From the human T2T-CHM13v2.0 reference genome, Homo sapiens: a stretch of DNA of 64,000 bases. The notes beneath the pieces were generated by a model. The model was not told where the DNA came from. It saw only the letters and a program-made list of their open reading frames with translations, and made no database searches. How positions within the stretch are numbered: position 1 is the stretch's first letter; every line of letters starts with the position of its first letter. Positions 58,346-64,000 of the stretch are shown piece after piece. The position numbers and the translations under genes were made by a program. The stretch lies in assembly GCF_009914755.1 (NCBI RefSeq), contig NC_060947.1, one strand, 5' to 3'.

Positions 58346-59169
58346 TCCTCTAGTAAGTTTTTCTGGGAAAAAAAATGCCTGAGTTGAGTCTCAAAGAAAG
58401 ATAATTAGCTGATCCAGGCAGAGGGAAGATCACAAGCAAAGGCATTAAACAGTATGGAGTAAGTGTATGAGTGGTATCATGAGCAGTTGTTTACATGTGT
58501 ATCAGAAGAAGCAGACAGATGAGGACAGAGAGGCAGATAGACACCAGGGACTTCTATGCCATACAATGTAAAACAAGGAGACCCATTAAAAAGCTACTGC
58601 AACAATCCAGAAGAGATGATGAGGTTTGAATGAAAATAGTGGCAGGAGGGATAGGTTCAAAACACATTAGGGAACTACTAAATGCAAGAAAATTTACTGT
58701 CTGAATGAATATGGCTGTGAGGGAAAAGAAAGAGTCTTACGGTGACTCACAAAAATTTGCCAACCAGATGACATTACTAGGACATATCTATGTTAATACC
58801 AAAGCTAAGAACTGAACTCATGAAGGTCTCTATGAGGTTACATTGCCAAATCACTTCCAAAGTCACTTAATAAGACTAGTATTGTATGCAAGTGAAAAAA
58901 AGTTAACTAGTTTAACTCTTTATTCTGAAATAATTTTTGACTTGGGAAAAAAAAACCTGCAAGAGCATAAAAAGAATCCAGTATTCACCGACGTTCCCCA
59001 AATGTTAAACATTTTAGGTGAGATTTTAAACCTCAAGAGCAAAACTCCACAAGTTAGACAAAAGGGCATCTAAGCAAGGAGCCAAAAATAGTTAAGCCAG
59101 AGAATTTAAGTTGGAAAGCCTTCAAAATTTTTTTTACTACAGAACCTATTTAAAAAAAATAAAATCTTT

Positions 59170-64000
<4,831 letters not shown>

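Overview
Primate (human-like) genomic DNA, very dense in Alu and L1 repeats. It holds the 5' coding half of WNK3 (with-no-lysine kinase 3) on the minus strand. Nine GT-AG exons (canonical exons 2-10) splice by hand into an uninterrupted 2037-nt, 679-codon ORF covering the kinase domain, the autoinhibitory (PF2) domain and the acidic KLHL3 degron. Exon 1 and the 3' exons lie outside the window. The main unexplained signal is a block of about 2.5 kb in the intron after exon 10 (9771-12263, minus strand). It looks like a decayed, giant, phase-0/phase-0 cassette exon that once encoded about 725 aa of Gln/Pro/Ser/Tyr-rich sequence with a degenerate 'QPLEQPxY' repeat. Both splice sites are intact, but the frame is broken by an Alu insertion with a target-site duplication (TSD), at least 3 frameshifts and several in-frame stops. 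Three uORFs sit in the 119-nt 5' UTR part of exon 2. Most other ORFs in the track are Alu/L1 artefacts. Repeat boundaries and subfamily names were assigned by eye and are approximate.
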